Origin: the human T2T-CHM13v2.0 reference genome, Homo sapiens
Assembly (NCBI RefSeq): GCF_009914755.1
Contig: NC_060927.1
Direction: 5' to 3' (one strand)
Length of the DNA: 64,000 nt
Shown: positions 51,150 through 64,000 of the stretch, piece after piece
Numbering within the stretch: the stretch's first letter is position 1
Layout: each line of letters begins with the position of its first letter
Position numbers and translations under genes: made by a program
Notes under the pieces: model-generated
Seen by the model: only the letters and a program-made list of their open reading frames with translations
Databases searched by the model: none
What the model was told of the DNA's origin: nothing

Positions 51150-52200
51150 TGTGAGAACATAATTCTATTGGTGGTACAAATTCAGAGACATGGGAGTACA
51201 GGGAAAGAAAGTTTGCTCTAGGAATGCTTCCCAAAGTAAATGGTAGATGAATGAGCTCTTTAAGGATACTTAAATCATCAACAAAAAAATAAGAGAAAAG
51301 TTACTTCACATAGATGGAAAAAGGTAAACTACTACACATGAGTAGAAAATTACAGCTTGAATTTTGGAAAAGATGACTAGTCAGGTATAGCTGCAGTGGC
51401 AAGTGTATTCAGAAATCAAATCAGACACAAGGGCTGGTTAGAAATCATGGAGGGCCTTGAATGCCATCAAGAAATCTGGACTTTGATCTATCTGTTTTGA
51501 AAAGTTATTGAACATTTTACAAGAGGTTGCAGTAAGATCCATGGTTTTAGAAAAACATTTTGCTGTATATTAGTCCCTTCTTATCCACTGGGGATACATT
51601 CCAAGAGCAGCAGTAGATGCCTGAAACTCTGGGTAGTATTGAACCCAATGTACACTGTACTTTCTCAATCTGATAACTGAGACAATTACTAAGAAACTAA
51701 TGGGCAGGCAGAGTGTACAGTGAGGATACGCTGGGCAAAGGAATGATTCACATCCTGGGTAAGACAGAACGGGATGACATGAGATTTCATTATGCTACTC
51801 AGAGCTTCATGCAACTTAAAATATAAATTGTTTATTTCTGGAATTTTCCATTTAATATTTTTAGACTGCAATTGTGGGTAACTGAAACTGCAGAAAGCAA
51901 AAGCATGGATAAGGAGAAACTACTGCAGTTTCAAAGACAAACTGAAAAAGAGAAAGCCTAAAGTCAAGGAGGTCAGTTTGAAGGCCACTGATATCATCCA
52001 GAGATGAAAATGTAAACCACAGCTGTAACAATGGCAATAGAGAAAAAGACACAGATATAAGATGTTTCAGAAAAAGAACAAAAATCACTCAACAGTGGGT
52101 TGATGTGGAGTGTTGGATAAGAGAAGATCCTTAGAATAAGAGAATAAAGAAGTCCCTGAGGCTTTGAGTCTAGGCAGGTAGAAATATTTTGAAGCCAGTG
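51150..52200 (-). mobile_element. L2 fragments interrupted by MER44
   Basis: 'atcatggagggccttgaatgcc...tggactttgatct'; ORF 51861-52088 resembles L2. Confidence 0.55.
51568..51925 (-). mobile_element. MER44A (Tigger7-derived MITE)
   Basis: TIRs tattagtcccttcttatcc / ggataaggagaaactactg; internal 'tttatttctggaattttccatttaatattt'. Confidence 0.85.
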
Positions 52201-52974
52201 TGGCAGAGATCACAGAGATGATGACAATTTGTCATTAATTCCCATACGTTGCCTACTTGCCACATGTGGTTAAAGGACAAAATTGATCTACTATTCACTG
52301 CTTAGAAATGTTTTAGTTTATTATCATTTAAATAAGGAGTAGGGAGATCAAAAATATGTAACTTCATACTTCAACTTATTTAAATTTACAAGAAAAATCC
52401 AAAAGTCACATAATCTGTGTCTTAGGCTTTTCATTGGTAAAATAAAAGGGCTGGACCATGAGACGTTTCTAAGGTTCATTTTAGATCTAAAGTGTATGAT
52501 CTTGGGTCTTGTGATTAGTCAAGGATAAGTGATATAAGTTACATCCAGGGGGCATCTGATAACCAGGTAGTCTAGAGTTTATGAAAGATATGGAAACTGT
52601 TCACAAATATGTAAATCGAAAGTCATGGAATGGGATGACATAACAGAATTCTACAGAGGGAGATGAGGGATGAATCCTGAGGACAGATCCATGGGGAATC
52701 AGTATATCCCATCTTGTGGAATGCCACCTCCATCTATCCAGTTACCCAAACTAGAAGAAACATAGATGTTGTCTTCAACTCCTTTCTCTTCCTCACTACT
52801 CATCATTCTAACACCAAATCTGACTGATAATACTTCCAATCCATCCACTTCTCTCCGTGCCACTGCCATTTGTCTAACACGGGCTATCATCATTTCTAAT
52901 ACAAATGATTTAAATAGCCTCTTTTTACAAATTTACTTTTAAAACTAAAAAATGTTATTTTAAAAAGTAAAGCA

Positions 52975-55840
<2,866 letters not shown>

Positions 55841-56231
55841 TTTCTATAATAAGGTCATCTTAGTCGCCCAATTTCCAATCCCCTCCTCAATCCATTTTTG
55901 CCAATTACAACCAGCATGATCTAAAGTGCAAGTCTAATTTTGTCAATACCCTGCAAGAAATCATTTGATGACTCTGCATATTCTTGGAATAAAAGCTAAA
56001 CATCTCTATATGTCCCCTATCTACCTCTCCTGCCTCATATATTATTACCCAGCCCCTTCACACTCAATATTACAACATATCGAATTTCTTTTAGTTATTC
56101 AAACTCCCCGTAATCTGCTATGCCTCCAAGCATGTAATATGTTCTTCTCTTTGCCTGGAATAGGCTTCTCCTGACACTGATCACTCCCATTCACTTCTTA
56201 AATCTTAATAACCCTTCAGCTCTCAGCATAG

Positions 56232-56480
56232 TAATAATAAGCTTCCATTTTTTATTATTTACAAAAGCACTGTGCTAAGCAATTTCTATGTATTAACTCA
56301 TTTATTTTCACAGCTAGCCAATGAAGTGAGTGGTATTATTGTCTCTATTTTAAATATAAGAAAATTGAACCTTTAAAAGGTTATGAAACTTGTATAAGGA
56401 AACAGAACTAGTAAATGTTGTAGCTGCAACTGAACTCCAGCACTCCAAAGGCCTTAGAACAACAAACTGACTATACATTT
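56232..56480 (-). mobile_element. MIR SINE
   Basis: 'gcactgtgctaagc...tattaactcattta...ggtattattgtctctattttaaatataagaaaattgaa'. Confidence 0.7.
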
Positions 56481-57837
56481 TACTATATTTATGTCACTTC
56501 TCCTTACCCTTCAGCTTTGGGTTATGTGCTTCTTCTACAGGCACCAATAGCTGTTTATACTTCTCCCATCATAGCTCTTAACACAGTGTGTTATAATTGC
56601 ATTGCTTATTTTCTTATCAGAGTCACCCTCCAGCATATGCATTCTCAACGTTAAGAATTCTGTCTTATTTCTTATTGAATCCACAGTGCCTGACACATAG
56701 CAAGGGCTCAATAAATATTTTTTGAAAGAAAAAATGATTTTTCCCAGGACTTAGAAATGGAAGATTTTTTTTAGTAGTAGGAGAATATACATAGAAGTTA
56801 GTATCACAAAAAGCCTTTCACTCAGCCAGGCCATAAGAGATAATAACCACTAATAGTAATAAAACTTTTCCAATGTCAAGTCACTAACCAGTTCTAGAAA
56901 AGCAGTTCCACCAGAGCAAAAGTTCCACCAGAGACATTTATTCTTCTTGCCTGAGGAAGGTGAGAACAGGGGAAGAGAGACTTTATGTCATCATAACATT
57001 ATATGTATTTCATTTTTTAAAATTTTTAAATAGTTTATTTTAGGAAAACCTTCTTGGGTACAGGATTTGGAGCCATAACAAAATATTAGGATGGAAACCA
57101 TTTCATCAGACCAATTAATCACACAGAAACTTTAATAGGAGAATGGATTAACTAAAGCTACCCCAAACTAGATCTGTATGGGATTACCCACAGTTGTATC
57201 AAGATGGATCAGGGTAATAGAATGGATACTACTTTTCCACCATGGCTGCAACCATCCAGAGACTTTGACCTTCTTTATCTCCTATATTACTCCTTGTAGT
57301 AGGTCACCTGCATCAATCACAACTTATCAAAACAGTAACACACTTATCCAATTTTCTTTAGTAATTTAAAACTTCCTCTGACATAAATGGTGAGGAGTAA
57401 AAAAGTTACAAGCTCTTTCAGATTAGGAAACCACACATACCATACATGAAGTCCTTTAGCTTGCAAGATGGCATTTACTGATTTCTTTCCTCAATCTGGA
57501 TGAGCACTCCCAATGCCCATATCCAGGTCTTTCTCAGCCTAGATTCCTTTGGCCTACCACCACAAAATAGGGCTAAATTCTCTCTCACTTTAGTTAAGGT
57601 CCCTTTTTGCCCTTTCTTACTCCAAAAATTAAATTATACTTCTTTTCTTTTTTATACTCCCCTTGAACCCCAACCAACAAGCTTTCTGGATCTCTTTCTA
57701 CACGGAGGCAAAAAATTGGTTCATACTTATTTGTCATATTACAAACATATTGAATGCAAAACATATATAGAGCAAAGGGATCACACATTTAAGGATCCAC
57801 GTTAAGAGGTATGTCTGCCATAATTCCCTGCATCCTC

Positions 57838-58330
57838 TTGATTTATTTATGGGATATATGAGATATTTTGATACAGGCATACAATGTACAATAATAACAT
57901 CATGGTAGATGGCATATCCATCACCTCAAGCATTTATCCTTTGTGTTTCAAACAATCCATTTATACTTTTTTAGTTGTTTTTAAGGATACAATTAAATTC
58001 TTATTGACTATAGTCACCCAGTTATACTATCAAATAGTAGGTTTTATTCATTCTTTCTAACTATTTTTTGTACCCATTAACCATCACCATTTCCCCCCGA
58101 ACTTCCCACTACCCTTCCCAGCCTCTGGTAACCATTTTTATACCCTCTATCTCCACAAGTTCAATTGTTTTCGTTTCTAGCTCCCACAAATAAGTAAGAA
58201 ATTTGCTTTTCTCTGCCTGGTTTACTTCACCTGACATAATGACCTACAGTTCCATCCATGTTGTCAAAAATAACAGGACTTCATTCTTTTTTATGGCTGA
58301 ATAGTACTCCATTGTATACATGTCCCACAT
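57838..58330 (-). mobile_element. L1MA2-like 3' end
   Basis: 'gagatattttgatacaggcat...tccatcacctcaagcatttatcctttg...ttgactatagtcaccc'. Confidence 0.85.
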
Positions 58331-58548
58331 TTTTTTTTATTATTATTACACTTCAAGTTTTAGGGTACATGTGCACAACGTGCGGGTTAGTTACATATGT
58401 ATACATGAGCCATGCTGGTGTGCTGCACCCATTAACTCGTCATTTAGCATCAGGTATATCTCCTAATGCTATCCCTCCCCCCTCCTCCCACCCCACAACA
58501 GTCCCCACAGTGTGATGTTCCCCTTCCTGTGTCCATGTGTTCTCATTG

Positions 58549-62391
<3,843 letters not shown>

Positions 62392-62439
62392 TTATTTTGC
62401 TCATTAGTTGATGCAGTTTCTTCCTAGTCTTGATGGTCT

Positions 62440-63456
62440 TTACATTTTGGCATGATTTTGCAGCGGCTGGTACCAGTTGTTCCTTTCCATGTTTAGTGCT
62501 TCCTTCAGGAGCTCTTTTAGGGCAGGCCTGGTGGTGACAAAATCTCTCAGCATTTGCTTGTCTGTAAAGTATTTTATTTCTCCTTCACTTATGAAGCTTA
62601 GTTTGGCTGGATATGAAATTCTGGGTTGAAAATTCTTTTCTTTAAGAATGTTGAATATTGGCCCCCACTCTCTTCTGGCTTGTAGAGTTTCTGCCAAGAG
62701 ATCCGCTATTAGTCTGATGGGCTTCCCTTTGTGGGTAACCCGACCTTTCTCTCTGGCTGCCCTTAACATTTTTTCCTTCATTTCAACTTTGGTGAATCTG
62801 ACAATTATGTGTCTTGGAGTTGCTCTTCTCGAGGAGTATCTTTATGGCGTTCTCTGTATTTCCTGTATCTGAATGTTGGCCTGCCTTGCTAGATTGGGGA
62901 AGTTCTCCTGGATAATATCCTGCAGAGTGTTTTCCAACTTGGTTCCATTCTCCCCATCACTTTCAGGTACACCAATCAGACGTAGATTTGGTCTTTCCAC
63001 ATAGACCCATATTTCTTGGAGGCTTTGTTCGTTTCTTTTTATTCTTTTTTCTCTAAACTTCCCTTCTTGCTTCATTTCATTCATTTCATCTTCCATCACT
63101 GATACCCTTTCTTCCAGTTGATCGCATCAGCTCCTGAGGCTTCTGCATTCTTCACGTAGTTCTTGAGCCTTGGCTTTCAGCTCCATCAGTTCCTTTAAGC
63201 ACTTCTCTGTATTGGTTATTCTAGTCATATATTCATCTAAATTTTTTTCAAAGTTTTCAACTTCTTTGCCTTTGGTTTGAATTTCCTCCTGTAGGTTGGA
63301 GTAGTTTGATCATCTGAAGCCTTCTTCTCTCAACTCGTCAAAGTCATTCTCCGTCCAGCTTTGTTCGGTTGCTGGTGAGGAACTGCGTTCCTTTGGAGGA
63401 GGAGAGGCGCTCTGCTTTTTAGAGTTTCCAGTTTTTCTGCTCTGTTGTTTCCCCAT
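62440..63456 (-). pseudogene. L1 ORF1, inactivated
   Basis: ATG at 63456; TGA at codon 49 (63310-63312) and TAA at 62842; C-terminus ...QPLQNHAKM. Confidence 0.92.
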
Positions 63457-63879
63457 CTTTGTGGTTTTATCTACTTTTGGTCTTTGATGATGGTGATGTA
63501 CAGATGGGTTTTTGGTGTGGATGTTCTTTCTGTTTGTTAGTTTTCCTTCTAACAGACAGGACCCTCAACTGCAGGACTGTTGGAGTTTGCTAGAGGTCCA
63601 CTCCAGACCCTGTTTGCCTGGGTATCAGCAGCGGTGCCTGCAGACCAGCGGATTTTCGTGAACCACGAATGCTGCTGTCTGATCGTTCCTCTGGAAGTTT
63701 TGTCTCAGAGGAGTACCCAGCTGTGTGAGGTGTCAGTCTGCCCCCACTGGGTGGTGCCTCCCAGTTAGGCTGCTCGGGGGTCAGGGGTCTGGGACCCACT
63801 TGAGGAGGCAGTCTGCCCATTCTCAGATCTCAAGCTGCGTACTGGGAGAACCACTGCTCTCTTCAAAGCTGTCAGACAG

Positions 63880-64000
63880 GGACATTTAAGACTGCAGAGG
63901 CTACTGCTGTCTTTTTGTTTGTCTGTGCCCTGCCCCCAGAGGTGGAGCCTACAGAGGCAGGCAGGCCTCCTTGAGCTGTGGTGGGCTCCACCCAGCTCGA
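63880..64000 (+). promoter_or_regulatory. Part of the L1 5'UTR antisense-promoter region
   Basis: Position corresponds to ~nt 490-610 of the L1PA 5'UTR, where the antisense promoter is established; activity of this copy is not shown. Confidence 0.45.

Noticed and set aside
63960-64000. L1 ORF0
   Set aside because: Its start codon would lie ~40 bp beyond the window end, so it cannot be assessed

Overview
This is primate (most likely human) genomic DNA, AT-rich and dominated by transposable elements; by my boundaries roughly 55-60% is LINE-1. I found no host protein-coding exon, tRNA, rRNA or CRISPR array. Every long ORF is a broken L1 ORF1/ORF2 remnant, and the short ORFs are Alu-, LTR- or antisense-L1 noise. 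There are four nested retroelement stacks. (1) 1-11300: an L1PB-type element carrying two younger L1PA insertions and an Alu. (2) 24153-31797: a solo LTR12C inserted in the 5' TSD of an L1PA15/16-type element, which itself holds two Alus and an L1PA5-like copy with a 3' transduction. (3) 35292-44814: a Tigger3b split by a full-length L1PA16/17-type element that contains MER61, an L1PB1 fragment and an Alu. (4) 57838-64000: a near full-length L1PA3-like element inside an L1MA 3' end. MIR, L2, MLT1, LTR16, MER63 and MER44 relics lie between them. The most notable observations are non-consensus variants shared between neighbouring L1 copies (possible local gene conversion), the TSD-bounded 3' transduction, a 40-bp-arm near-perfect palindrome in unique DNA, a 1.2-kb ORF1/ORF2 deletion and a templated inverted insertion in an RT active site. 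Subfamily names come from recalled diagnostic motifs and need RepeatMasker/Dfam confirmation. I see no convincing evidence of a new multi-gene system.
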